From contig CAZUBM010000009.1 of NCBI GenBank assembly GCA_964618805.1, positions 1 to 64,000 of the forward strand: 64,000 bases of DNA, given 5' to 3'. The DNA is from an uncultured Nitrososphaerota archaeon (GTDB lineage Archaea; Korarchaeota; Korarchaeia; Korarchaeales; Korarchaeaceae). Shown here piece by piece: positions 19,342 to 28,620 of the stretch. The translations under genes were made by a program, and so were the position numbers. The notes below the pieces were generated by a model. It was not told the DNA's origin and did not search any database. It was given only the letters and a program-made list of their open reading frames with translations. How positions within the stretch are numbered: the first letter of the stretch is position 1; each line of letters starts with the position of its first letter.

Positions 19342-20361
19342 TCAGGCTAAGATAAGATTAAAGATCTTCTCATATCTTGATGTTATTTGGTTCCATCCAT
19401 ATCTTTCAGCCAATTTTCTGCCTTTATTACCCATTTCCTTTCTTAGGGATTCATCGGCTATAAATAGAAGCATATACTTGACCAGTTCTCTGAAGTTATT
19501 AGCTAGAAATCCATTATATCCGTGTATAATTCTCTCAGGCATTGCTGCTCTGTTATATCCGATCACTGGTTTTGCACAAGCATTTGCTTCCAAGAAAGGC
19601 ATGCCAAAGCCCTCCCATTTAGAAGCAGATACAAAGAAAGAGCAGTTCCTGTACTCTTTAACCAGCTCCTCTTCTGATAGGGTACCGAGGAATTTCACCC
19701 TGTCTTCAATTCTAAGATTTCTAGCAAGCTTCATTAGCCTATTAAGCTCTGGTCCTCTGCCTACTATATGCAGGTCCATTTTTATAGTTGCAGTTGCAAA
19801 AATCAGTTCATGAACTCCCTTATACCAAACAAGCCTGCCAACGAATAAAGCGTATCCTTGATCCTCTCCTGGTCTGTATGTCGAGAGATCAACTCCATTC
19901 GGAATTACAACTGTTTTTAAGATGTTTCTAATCTTTTCTGCAAGATATTGACTAACTGCGATTACGAGTCGGCATTTCCTTGCTGGAATTCTCAGCAGAT
20001 TCATTATAACTTCCCTACTTGCCCATAAGATTGATGGTGTCTCTGTTTCTGGGACATCGGTCCATCCATGGAATGTCAAGACAACAGAGCTTTTGAGGAA
20101 AGGGGCATACATACAGAAGGGATAAAAATGGATGTTAACTATATCGAACTCATTTAGTTCTTTTATAAGCCGTGGGCTGGGCAGAGGGACCGGGAAACCA
20201 GAAGGATAGGCACATGGAGCTGGGGAAACCCCACGATCTTCCCCTTTGCACGCAAAAATCCTTACATCATGTCTTGTAGCTAGCCTCTTACTTAGCTCTA
20301 AGATCACCCTGTCAGGTCCTGACCCAGAGAGGAATGTATGGTTAACAAAAGAGATCTTCAT
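19342..20361 (-). CDS. GT4 glycosyltransferase
   Basis: FVGRLVWYKG and EGFGMPFLEA. Confidence 0.92.
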   Translation of the reverse strand: MKISFVNHTFLSGSGPDRVILELSKRLATRHDVRIFACKGEDRGVSPAPCAYPSGFPVPLPSPRLIKELNEFDIVNIHFYPFCMYAPFLKSSVVLTFHGWTDVPETETPSILWASREVIMNLLRIPARKCRLVIAVSQYLAEKIRNILKTVVIPNGVDLSTYRPGEDQGYALFVGRLVWYKGVHELIFATATIKMDLHIVGRGPELNRLMKLARNLRIEDRVKFLGTLSEEELVKEYRNCSFFVSASKWEGFGMPFLEANACAKPVIGYNRAAMPERIIHGYNGFLANNFRELVKYMLLFIADESLRKEMGNKGRKLAERYGWNQITSRYEKIFNLILA

Positions 20362-20415
20362 CTATCCGAAATAGTGTGGATGTTCTTTTATAACGACTGC
20401 ATAAAAACACCTTGA

Positions 20416-21480
20416 ATGAAGCTGCTGGTAGAGATCAACCACTATCCTGGAATACTTGACAGAGAATTTGATATAACCTACATAGGGCTTGGAAAGAGAG
20501 GAGAAAAAAGAGGTTTTATTACTGTAAGCTCTCGCTTCGGGGAAATTCCCCTTAGGACAGGATTAGACCACCTAGCGATAAAAGACTTAGCGAAAAAATA
20601 TCTTGACTTTGATGTCGTAATATGCACAAACCTTCCTACCATCTTAGCAGGAAAGCTAGCTAGAAAAATGGGCTTTTCTGGAAAGATAATTTTCGATGAT
20701 TACGGAGTTTGGCCATGGAAGGGCTTTTTACCATGGGGACCCTTAGCTGTTTTTTTCCCGTGCTGGGTTAGAGCGAACATAATATCTTGTAAAGAAGCAA
20801 TAGACGTTGCTGTGACTCCATCTGAATTCGAGAGACAGAATGCAATAAGAAAATACGGCTTTAAACCAGAATCTGTCCTTAAAATCCCATACACAATTGA
20901 GGATTTTTTCTCACCTTCTGTGTCCGGCAATGAGTTTAGAAGCAAGATCGGCGTAGAAGATACTGAGCTTTTAATTACTTATGCAGGAAGACTTAATCCC
21001 ACAAAGGGTATAGACAGATTGGTCAGGGCTTTATTATTAATAAGAAATGAAATTCCAAGCAGATTGCTTTTAGTAGGAAGGAATCAAAGGTTTCTTAGAA
21101 AGATCCTGAGAATAAGCAGGAGTCTTAGTGTTCTTGATAAGGTGATATACGCTGGTTTTCTGCCTCGTGAGAGAATGCCAGAAGTTTATGCGGCATCTGA
21201 CATCGTTGTTATACCATCTCTCTACGAGACGTTCTGCTTTGCTGCCTTAGAAGCGATGGCTTGTGGACGTCCTGTAATAGCTTCGAATGTAGGAAGTTTG
21301 CCTGAAGTGGTTGGAGATGCTGGAATTCTTTGCGATCCCAACCCAAAAGAACTAGCAAGCGCTATTAAGAGGCTTTGGAATGATAAAGAACTAGCGAGAG
21401 AATTGATGGAAAAAGGCCCTCAAAGAGCAAAAGAAATAAGAACGAAGGCGGAAAGAATTCTCCGGGTTCTTTCATCATGA
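20416..21480 (+). CDS. GT4 glycosyltransferase
   Basis: AGRLNPTKG and PSLYETFCFAALEAMACG. Confidence 0.92.
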   Translation: MKLLVEINHYPGILDREFDITYIGLGKRGEKRGFITVSSRFGEIPLRTGLDHLAIKDLAKKYLDFDVVICTNLPTILAGKLARKMGFSGKIIFDDYGVWPWKGFLPWGPLAVFFPCWVRANIISCKEAIDVAVTPSEFERQNAIRKYGFKPESVLKIPYTIEDFFSPSVSGNEFRSKIGVEDTELLITYAGRLNPTKGIDRLVRALLLIRNEIPSRLLLVGRNQRFLRKILRISRSLSVLDKVIYAGFLPRERMPEVYAASDIVVIPSLYETFCFAALEAMACGRPVIASNVGSLPEVVGDAGILCDPNPKELASAIKRLWNDKELARELMEKGPQRAKEIRTKAERILRVLSS

Positions 21481-21490
21481 GGGATACCTC

Positions 21491-22651
21491 TTGAAGAAGC
21501 TTCTAATGGTAGAGTACAACTTCCCGCCGAGAGTAGGAGTAGGCGTGATAAGAGCAGTTAAGATGGCAAAATATCTCCCTAATTATGGTTGGAAACCTGT
21601 AGTTCTTTCTGTAAAGCTTTCAAATGGGGCCCTAGGGTTCAAATACTTAGATGCAGAGGGTATCCCAGATTTGAAAGTCTATTATGTTAGAGAGCTGGTT
21701 CCTTTGAATAGATTAGTCAAAAGGGACATTCATCTTGGTTGGTCTCCAAGCGCTTTTCTTAAAGGGCTTAAAATAATCAAAAACGAGCAAATTAATGCAA
21801 TTTATTCCTCTTATCCCTTTGCAGCCAACATGCTCGTTGCATCTCTACTGAAGAGAGTTACTGGAATCCCTCTCTTAGTAAATTATAGAGATCTCTGGAT
21901 AAACTCCTTCTTCCCTCCCCCTCCACTTGAATTTTCTGTTCAAAAGATTATGGAGAATTTCGTCCTTAAATCATCAGATGCTATAGTAACGGTGACTCCA
22001 AGCCATATAGGGGAGCTAAAGCGGTTCTTTCCGTTTATAAAAAAGGTTAATGTAGTTAGGAATGGATACGATCCAGCAGACTTTGAGTCCGCAATTCCTG
22101 TTAAATTTTCTAAGTTCACGATTTTGCATGCTGGCGACATAGTAGGAACTAGGGTTAAGAGATTCATTGAATTTCTTTATGCCCTAAGAGAGTTTCGAGG
22201 CACGGATGACTTTCAAGTCGTGCTTCTTGGACGCGTATCTCCCAAAGTAAGGGATTTTGTAAGTAGGCTTGAAATAAATAACATTGTTAAGTTTGAGGGC
22301 AGGAAACCCCATAGAGAAGCCATTAGATGGATTTTGGGGGCAAATGTGCTTTTGCTCGTAGCAGCAGCTGAGTATATTCCCACCATGAAGCTTTATGAAT
22401 ATCTAGCGTCAGGCAACTTCATTCTCAACATAGGGTATGAGTGGGGAGAGGCCGGTAAGCTAATATCAAAGTTTAGAGCAGGTATTTCAGTTGTTCCTGA
22501 CAAAAAGGAGATTTCGAAAGCAATTAAAGACGTTGTTTACGGAGATTTGCTTGAAAAATGGGCTGGCCCAGATCGTAAAGGAATTGAAGAACTTTCTTGG
22601 CCAAAATTGGCCGAAAAACTAGCTTCAATCCTTAATTCCATAGCTAGATGA
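21491..22651 (+). CDS. GT4-like glycosyltransferase
   Basis: YNFPP, YRDLW, NGYDP and KLYEYLA motifs. Confidence 0.88.
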   Translation: MKKLLMVEYNFPPRVGVGVIRAVKMAKYLPNYGWKPVVLSVKLSNGALGFKYLDAEGIPDLKVYYVRELVPLNRLVKRDIHLGWSPSAFLKGLKIIKNEQINAIYSSYPFAANMLVASLLKRVTGIPLLVNYRDLWINSFFPPPPLEFSVQKIMENFVLKSSDAIVTVTPSHIGELKRFFPFIKKVNVVRNGYDPADFESAIPVKFSKFTILHAGDIVGTRVKRFIEFLYALREFRGTDDFQVVLLGRVSPKVRDFVSRLEINNIVKFEGRKPHREAIRWILGANVLLLVAAAEYIPTMKLYEYLASGNFILNIGYEWGEAGKLISKFRAGISVVPDKKEISKAIKDVVYGDLLEKWAGPDRKGIEELSWPKLAEKLASILNSIAR

Positions 22652-22686
22652 TCCCTCTTTGACCTTAAGGGGCAAGAACTGGGATC

Positions 22687-23427
22687 TTAAATTTTTTGAG
22701 CCAAAATCCCCAAGCCCATTGCAAGAGAAGTTCTTGTGGATAGGAGTTGATCAAGGACTCTGAGAAATGGGTTCTTAACGTCTCCTCTAAGCCCTTTTTT
22801 TGCAACGATTGAAAAGCCATTCGCTTTTAATAGGTCTTCAAGGGCTCTCAGTGTAAATAATCTGATATGGCCAGCGGGTTGGAAGCCTTGGGGGACAAAC
22901 AGATAACCAGCTGCAAATTTGGTACTGGGTTCGCTCATTAATGGCTGATAACCCAGTAAGAGTATCAATCTATTTACCCAAAAGGCTAGATTTGGGGTTG
23001 TTAGAACAAAAAAGCCATTTTTTCTAAGAATTCTATGTGTTTCACTTAGGAAGTGATCTGGATTAATAAGATGCTCCATCAGGTCAATAGCCGAAACTAA
23101 ATCAAAGCTTTCTGAGGGAAAAGGGAGTTTCTCACTACTTAGGTCTACTCTTACTATGTTTATGCCCTTCTCTTTAGCTCGTTGAAGAGCTGATTCAGAG
23201 ATATCCGCTATCCAAATTTCCTTAGCCCCAACGACTTCTGCTATGGAAAGAGTGAAGAATCCACTGGCTCCTCCAGCATCTAACATTTTATCTGCTCTGA
23301 TACCATGAGATCTCAGAAGAGAAATGATCCCTTTTCTGAATCCTTTGCAAGACCCTTGAATTCTTGTGGAATAATATCGTAATATTGCACTTTTTTCAGA
23401 TTCAAGTTTCATCTCCTTAGTCACCAA
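22687..23427 (-). CDS. Class I SAM-dependent methyltransferase
   Basis: LDAGGASG motif I, LPFPSESFD and TTPN. Confidence 0.88.
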   Translation of the reverse strand: MVTKEMKLESEKSAILRYYSTRIQGSCKGFRKGIISLLRSHGIRADKMLDAGGASGFFTLSIAEVVGAKEIWIADISESALQRAKEKGINIVRVDLSSEKLPFPSESFDLVSAIDLMEHLINPDHFLSETHRILRKNGFFVLTTPNLAFWVNRLILLLGYQPLMSEPSTKFAAGYLFVPQGFQPAGHIRLFTLRALEDLLKANGFSIVAKKGLRGDVKNPFLRVLDQLLSTRTSLAMGLGILAQKI

Positions 23428-23497
23428 GCCATCTTTTCAGTTTCATCCCAAAATATTTAGAGGATATGCTTCAGATCTGCCTTTGATTACTTGGAAA

Positions 23498-23713
23498 CTA
23501 TGAAAGATTGGTCCCTTGTTTTGGTGCTGAACTCGTTGCCATTATGTACCCTACCCAAGCTATCAAACAAAACAGAACTGATATAGCCACAAAAGCTGTA
23601 ACTTTCAGCACCAAGAAGCTGTATTTGCTGAAAAACAACAGCCAGCCAGAGACTATGATAGCTATCAATGAGATCACCACAAGTCCCAAGCCAATCAGCC
23701 TTTCATCAGTCAT
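23498..23713 (-). CDS. Small 2-TM archaeal membrane protein (possible DPM2-like)
   Basis: Two TMs, IGLGLVVISLI and WVGYIMAT. Confidence 0.65.
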   Translation of the reverse strand: MTDERLIGLGLVVISLIAIIVSGWLLFFSKYSFLVLKVTAFVAISVLFCLIAWVGYIMATSSAPKQGTNLS

Positions 23714-23817
23714 TTTCCACTAATTGCGTTTTGGAATCGATATAAAGCTTTGCGAGCCTTACAACAGGGATAGGCAAGATCCATAATAGCCAGCTCAAAT
23801 CTTTTTACATATATAGA

Positions 23818-24429
23818 GTGTCTTTATGGTGGAAAATGAGCGACCTAAGCGTCGTTGGAGTGGACTTAGCTGGAAATGAGGATAGACCTACTGGCATTTG
23901 CTTCCTAACTGGGAAAAAATTCACAACTAGAGTAGCCTATGGGGATGAGGAGATCTTAGAAGAGATAGTAAGCTTTAACCCGATGGTAGTGGCCATAGAT
24001 GCCCCTCTTTCCCTGCCTATTGGAAAGACATTAGATTCACGCTACTGCATTAGAAAGTGTGATGAAGAGCTGAGGAAGTTTGGCATCAAGTTCTTTTCGT
24101 TAAACTTCGCAGGAATGAGGAAGCTCACCATAAGGGGCATTAGACTTAGAAAGACCTTGGAAGAAAAGGGAGTAAAGGTTATAGAGACCTATCCAGGTGC
24201 CTTTTATGATTTAATGGGCCTATCTAGGCCAAAAAACAAGAAAGAAAGGAGGCAAGTGCTAAAAGCGTTGATTAAAGGGTTTGGCTTAAATGACCCCATT
24301 AATGATCTGAGTTCTCATGAACTAGATTCCATAGTCTGTGCTCTTGTGGGTTTACTTTATTTGGAAGGAAAAGTTATCTTACTTGGAGATCCTAAAGAAG
24401 GTATTATGGTGCTTCCTAGGCTTTCTTGA
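23818..24429 (+). CDS. DUF429 RNase H-fold predicted nuclease
   Basis: GVDLAG, AIDAPLSLP, IETYPG and HELDS..CA motifs. Confidence 0.85.
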   Translation: MSLWWKMSDLSVVGVDLAGNEDRPTGICFLTGKKFTTRVAYGDEEILEEIVSFNPMVVAIDAPLSLPIGKTLDSRYCIRKCDEELRKFGIKFFSLNFAGMRKLTIRGIRLRKTLEEKGVKVIETYPGAFYDLMGLSRPKNKKERRQVLKALIKGFGLNDPINDLSSHELDSIVCALVGLLYLEGKVILLGDPKEGIMVLPRLS

Positions 24430-24433
24430 GAGA

Positions 24434-25168
24434 TTATGGCCTCAATTCGATTTTAATATATTTTAGGATGATCCAATATCCCTTCTTTATTACACCCAGG
24501 AAATCATTGATTAGAATCCAGAGTTCTAATGGTAGGGGCTGGAATATATTCAAGCAGGATAAAATGCCAACGTTAGGCATGTACTTCTTCTTTGTCAATC
24601 TATAGCATGAAGGAAGAAGTTCTGTCACTTTGTGTTCATCCAAACTACGGAGGTGTCCCCATAATGGGGTTAGTTTGCCGCAATGAATGCATTGGGTGAA
24701 TTGTATCCTTTCTCTGTAAGGTACCGAGATCAATAAGGTCCCTCCAGTTCTTAGAACCCGATCTGTTTCCTTGATTCCTTCGCTTAATGATTCTTCTGGT
24801 AAATGCTCTAAAATCTCCAACAAACACACAGCGTCAAAAGAATGATCCCTAAAGGGTAGGTATTCTATTGTCGCATGAACGAAATCTGCCTGCTTCACCC
24901 TTTTTCTTGCCACAGTAAGGCTGTGAATATTCGGCTCGACGCCCACCGCATAATCAGATACTTGAGAAATGAAGCTTGTGATGAAGCCCTCACCACAACC
25001 GATGTCTAACACCTTTCCAGGTCTTTCTTTCAAGTATTTACTAACGATTTGTGCTCTCCTTAGTTGTCTATGTAGTTGCTTACCTTTTTTCTTCCATATG
25101 TTTTGAATCAATTCGGTTCCTTTAGCTTCACAAATCCATGGTTTTAATCTTAATTCTTGAAAAGCCAA
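24434..25168 (-). CDS. Class I SAM-dependent methyltransferase with a CxxC insert
   Basis: VLDIGCGEG, EILEHL and CIHCGKLTP. Confidence 0.88.
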   Translation of the reverse strand: MAFQELRLKPWICEAKGTELIQNIWKKKGKQLHRQLRRAQIVSKYLKERPGKVLDIGCGEGFITSFISQVSDYAVGVEPNIHSLTVARKRVKQADFVHATIEYLPFRDHSFDAVCLLEILEHLPEESLSEGIKETDRVLRTGGTLLISVPYRERIQFTQCIHCGKLTPLWGHLRSLDEHKVTELLPSCYRLTKKKYMPNVGILSCLNIFQPLPLELWILINDFLGVIKKGYWIILKYIKIELRP

Positions 25169-25288
25169 ACAAGAAATCTTTCAAGCCTTCAAGTGATTTT
25201 TCGATAGGCCTCGTGAGTTTAGATTGTGAAAGATTTAGGTCCGCAGGATTTTGGCAGGTTAAATTTTTCTCAACAAGATAATCTCCAA

Positions 25289-25690
25289 ATGAAGGCAGAG
25301 GTAAATTGGATTGAGGAATTGATGTTTCTGGGAAGGAGTGGTTCAAATCACTTGGTTCCAATAGAGCCGACAACGAAGAACAGGATAGGAGGAGCACCCA
25401 GTCCAATGGAGTACATCCTCATAGCGCTTGGAGGATGCACAGGCGTCGATGTGGTCTCCCTTTTGAAGAAATGGAAAGTTCCACTCAAGTCTTTGAAAAT
25501 AGAGATTTCTGCAGAGAGAAGAGATGAATTTCCAAGGGTCTTCTCCAAGACAAAGTTGAGGTACGTGGCTTCAGGAGTAAAGGGGGAGGACCTTAGAAGG
25601 GCGATAGAGGAATCCATGCAGAAATTTTGCTCAGTTTCCGCGATACTAGGCTCTGTTGCCGAAATAGAATATGAATACCGGATTGAATGA
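25289..25690 (+). CDS. OsmC/Ohr-family protein
   Basis: PSPMEYILIALGGCTGVDV and KFCSVS. Likely start is ATG 25289. Confidence 0.88.
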   Translation: MKAEVNWIEELMFLGRSGSNHLVPIEPTTKNRIGGAPSPMEYILIALGGCTGVDVVSLLKKWKVPLKSLKIEISAERRDEFPRVFSKTKLRYVASGVKGEDLRRAIEESMQKFCSVSAILGSVAEIEYEYRIE

Positions 25691-25702
25691 GGGCTTAAGG
25701 GA

Positions 25703-27124
25703 TCAACGCACAACGTCCTTGATCTTCACCGGACTCATGGGACAAAGCGGATCTGGGACTCCAACCTTCATCTTCCCGTATGCGGCAACTATGCGGAAAT
25801 AGCAAAGCTTACCGGCGCCAACGCACCTCTCAAAGGCCTCGCAGGAATAACAGGGAGATCCCTTGAATTTCTCCCTCTCAAAAGTAGCTAATATTTCATT
25901 TATCCTGCTTGAGTTCCAGGCCTCAACTATAGATTGTTTTGAAAGGTCCCCGTAGATAAAGTCAGGATTCACTCCAAGCCTCTCGCATATCGTCACCCTT
26001 CCGTCAGGCAGGATTATCATTCCCAAGGTTATCCCTCCGCAACCGGGAGCTCCCTCGATGCTTAGTCCTGAAAGAAGTCCTTCTATGCTCTTTGGCCTAT
26101 GGAGCACGGCACCGTTTTCCATAACCTCTTCCTCGATCTCGTCAAGCTCTGAGATTAGCTGCTCATACTGCTTTATTGTTGGGAAGAGGTCGTCTCTTGG
26201 CTTATAGATCGAGAGAGAATATGGGCTAAGGTTTATTTCACTAACGCCTTGTTCTGAAAGCCATTTCGCAAGCTTAGGAACTCCAGATATGTTGAGAGAG
26301 CATATAACTGTGTTTGTGGAAACTTTTAGGCCTTCCTTGAGGAATAGGCGAATTGCCCTTACCATCCTCTCGTGCGAACCAACCCTTTGCGTTAGCATAT
26401 CTTGAAGCTTTGGATCAAGGGCATCGATGCTAACCTGCATAGCATCCATTCCAACATCAGCTATGCGTCGAACAAGTTCCTCCGTAACGGGCCAGCCCTT
26501 TGTGCTGGTGTGCGGGTAAACTCCTACATCCAAAGCTATCTTTGCGATCTCCGGGAAATCCTTCCTTAAAAGGGGTTCTCCCCCAGCCAAATAAACGTCG
26601 CTCATTCCCAGGCTTCCAGCTTCCTCGAATATCTCCTTTATCCTCTTAAGTCCTAGTGTTTTCTCAGGATCCGAGGCGTTTATCTTGTCAGCATAGCAAT
26701 AAATGCAGTCAAGCGGGCATCTCCTTGTAAGGATTAGAGCAAGTCTTAAGGGAGCTTTATAGCGAATTAGCCCTCCCTTAGGCTTCTTTGGCTTGTATAT
26801 GAAATCTTGAGGGTTATACCTTCTTTGAGGAGGAATTTTCTCATTTCTTAGCTCTATTAGGTCCGAAAATTCGTTTAAAACAGAATTAACAGCTTCTTCT
26901 GCTTCTTCTACGGAGGAATTGAAGACGTAAGCGACTGCCTCTATGAGTTCTTTAACATTGGCGGAACCATCCATTAATGAGAGTATAACAGCTTTTGGAG
27001 GTCCAACTATCCTAAACTCAGGCCTTTCCCCCACTTCATAAATAACAACTCCAAATTCCTCTTTTCTAAGCCTTACTTCTTTTCTTAAACAGGGAAAAAG
27101 AAGGGAAGGTGGGTTTTTGTTCAA
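25703..27124 (-). CDS. Radical SAM/SPASM peptide maturase with an N-terminal PqqD/RRE domain
   Basis: N-terminal ~95 aa is PqqD-like (ILSLMDGSANVKELIEAV). Also CPLDCIYC, GGEP and SPASM cysteines (CGG..PDGRVTIC..CYSCEAFERC..C..DPLCP). Confidence 0.92.
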   Translation of the reverse strand: MNKNPPSLLFPCLRKEVRLRKEEFGVVIYEVGERPEFRIVGPPKAVILSLMDGSANVKELIEAVAYVFNSSVEEAEEAVNSVLNEFSDLIELRNEKIPPQRRYNPQDFIYKPKKPKGGLIRYKAPLRLALILTRRCPLDCIYCYADKINASDPEKTLGLKRIKEIFEEAGSLGMSDVYLAGGEPLLRKDFPEIAKIALDVGVYPHTSTKGWPVTEELVRRIADVGMDAMQVSIDALDPKLQDMLTQRVGSHERMVRAIRLFLKEGLKVSTNTVICSLNISGVPKLAKWLSEQGVSEINLSPYSLSIYKPRDDLFPTIKQYEQLISELDEIEEEVMENGAVLHRPKSIEGLLSGLSIEGAPGCGGITLGMIILPDGRVTICERLGVNPDFIYGDLSKQSIVEAWNSSRINEILATFEREKFKGSPCYSCEAFERCVGAGKLCYFRIVAAYGKMKVGVPDPLCPMSPVKIKDVVR

Positions 27125-27138
27125 TCAATGTCCCCTTT

Positions 27139-27276
27139 CTAATCGGGACTGTACTTTATTATAATACAAGCTACAGGACATACGTCCGTAACATCTACTC
27201 CTCCGCCGTCATTAAGCTTTAGACCTGCAGCTATTATTCCCCTCCTAATTCTATCCAACTCTTCCTTTGTAATCAT
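27139..27276 (-). CDS. Putative RiPP precursor peptide, 45 aa (absent from the ORF track)
   Basis: Hand translation gives MITKEELDRIRRGIIAAGLKLNDGGGVDVTDVCPVACIIIKYSPD*. A GAGGTG RBS lies 7 nt before the ATG, and the stop is 14 nt before the rSAM start. Confidence 0.8.
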   Translation of the reverse strand: MITKEELDRIRRGIIAAGLKLNDGGGVDVTDVCPVACIIIKYSPD

Positions 27277-27367
27277 GTTTCAGCACCTCGGAATTGTTAT
27301 TAGTTTAGAACTAGTACAATCTTGATAGAGATGATTAATTAGTATTATATTCAGTAGCGTACTCTTG

Positions 27368-27387
27368 AAAAGAAGTTAATTTCTTTT
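27368..27387. promoter_or_regulatory. Near-perfect inverted repeat, candidate operator in a divergent promoter
   Basis: AAAAGAAGTTAATTTCTTTT has one mismatched pair. An ATGAAACA direct repeat lies at 27422 and 27432. Confidence 0.35.
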
Positions 27388-27522
27388 TATTTACTTCTAC
27401 CTTTTATGCGTTTCTTTACCCATGAAACAGGATGAAACATTCTAATAATGACAACGAAATCTAGAAAGCATTATTTTGTTTTTTAGATTGGTTTTTATTT
27501 TATTCATTAACTACCTGATTGT

Positions 27523-28620
27523 ATGACTTCCGAAGCACGTGCTCGCATACTTGACAAGATAATAAGACCGCAGGACTGGAAAGCTGTCAAAATTTACTCT
27601 GCTGTTCCTAAAGCAACAGAAGCTACCATAGAATTAGAGGAGCGTGTGATGGAAGCACTTATCAGATATTTAATAAGATTTAGAATGGAACCTGAGAAGA
27701 TAACCCTGAGGGGAATAGAAAGGGGTCTCGGCCTCAGTTATTCAAAGGCTAGGCGATTATTGAAAAAACTCGTTGACAGTGAAATTGTTATTAGTTGGCC
27801 CATGGGTAAACAAGTTGTTTTTCTTGTAGCAGATTTAGAGAGAGCTATCCGCGAAGGATATCTTGCTCTAGATAAAGAAGAAATACGTCTATTATCACTT
27901 TTACTTTCATTAGGCGAGCTGGAAGAGCAAATTGGAAGTACAATTCTTGCACTCCCTAAGATATTAACTTTTCCGGGCGTATATTTCAAGGGATTGAATG
28001 CTCTCACCGAATCTTGGTTAGCTTCGCTAGAAGCAAGTAAGTACATACTAGAATTGAAGAAGAAGGGGTCTTCTATTAGTGGAGTACCGACGCATTTGCT
28101 GAATCTTATAGATAAATATAAGGAGTTCGAAGAATTCGAAAGGTTTGTCGGGCAGGTTCCATTAACCGTTATTCCTGTTTATAGATCTATCGTAGTTCCA
28201 GGTATGAAAGATGTTATAAGCAGGATGAGAAGCGAGTTTGGGATAAAAGAGGATCTGAGAGTTAGATTAAAAAATCTCCACCCAATGGCTTATGGAATCC
28301 TAATGAGAGAGCTTTTCTTTGAGCTAGATTGCAACAAAAATCCATCTGAGGAGGAGGTAAAAGTAGCAATGAAAAGGCTCTCAGAGAAACAGCTAAAATT
28401 AATTCTCTATATAGAAGAACCTATCCTTAACAAAATAAGACAAGGCAATTTCACAGAAGAATATTCGGTTGAGGCATTATTGTACGAGGCAATTGTCCTG
28501 AGGCTTGCTGCTGTCTTTGCCTTAAATCTGGGCGCTGATGATCAACTTGTACGGGAAGCTAGAGAAGCAGCTGAACTCTTAGAAAGCACTGCAGAGGAGT
28601 TGAGAACAAGAATTGGATAG
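27523..28620 (+). CDS. wHTH-containing putative regulator with a large uncharacterised C-terminal domain
   Basis: ITLRGIERGLGLSYSKARRLLKKLVDSEIVISWPMGKQVVFLV is a wHTH. Confidence 0.7.
   Translation: MTSEARARILDKIIRPQDWKAVKIYSAVPKATEATIELEERVMEALIRYLIRFRMEPEKITLRGIERGLGLSYSKARRLLKKLVDSEIVISWPMGKQVVFLVADLERAIREGYLALDKEEIRLLSLLLSLGELEEQIGSTILALPKILTFPGVYFKGLNALTESWLASLEASKYILELKKKGSSISGVPTHLLNLIDKYKEFEEFERFVGQVPLTVIPVYRSIVVPGMKDVISRMRSEFGIKEDLRVRLKNLHPMAYGILMRELFFELDCNKNPSEEEVKVAMKRLSEKQLKLILYIEEPILNKIRQGNFTEEYSVEALLYEAIVLRLAAVFALNLGADDQLVREAREAAELLESTAEELRTRIG

Noticed and set aside
24434-25690. Methyltransferase and OsmC as RiPP tailoring genes
   Set aside because: OsmC is convergent with the rSAM and separates it from the methyltransferase, which fits the neighbouring glycan locus equally well. 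No sequence evidence links them.
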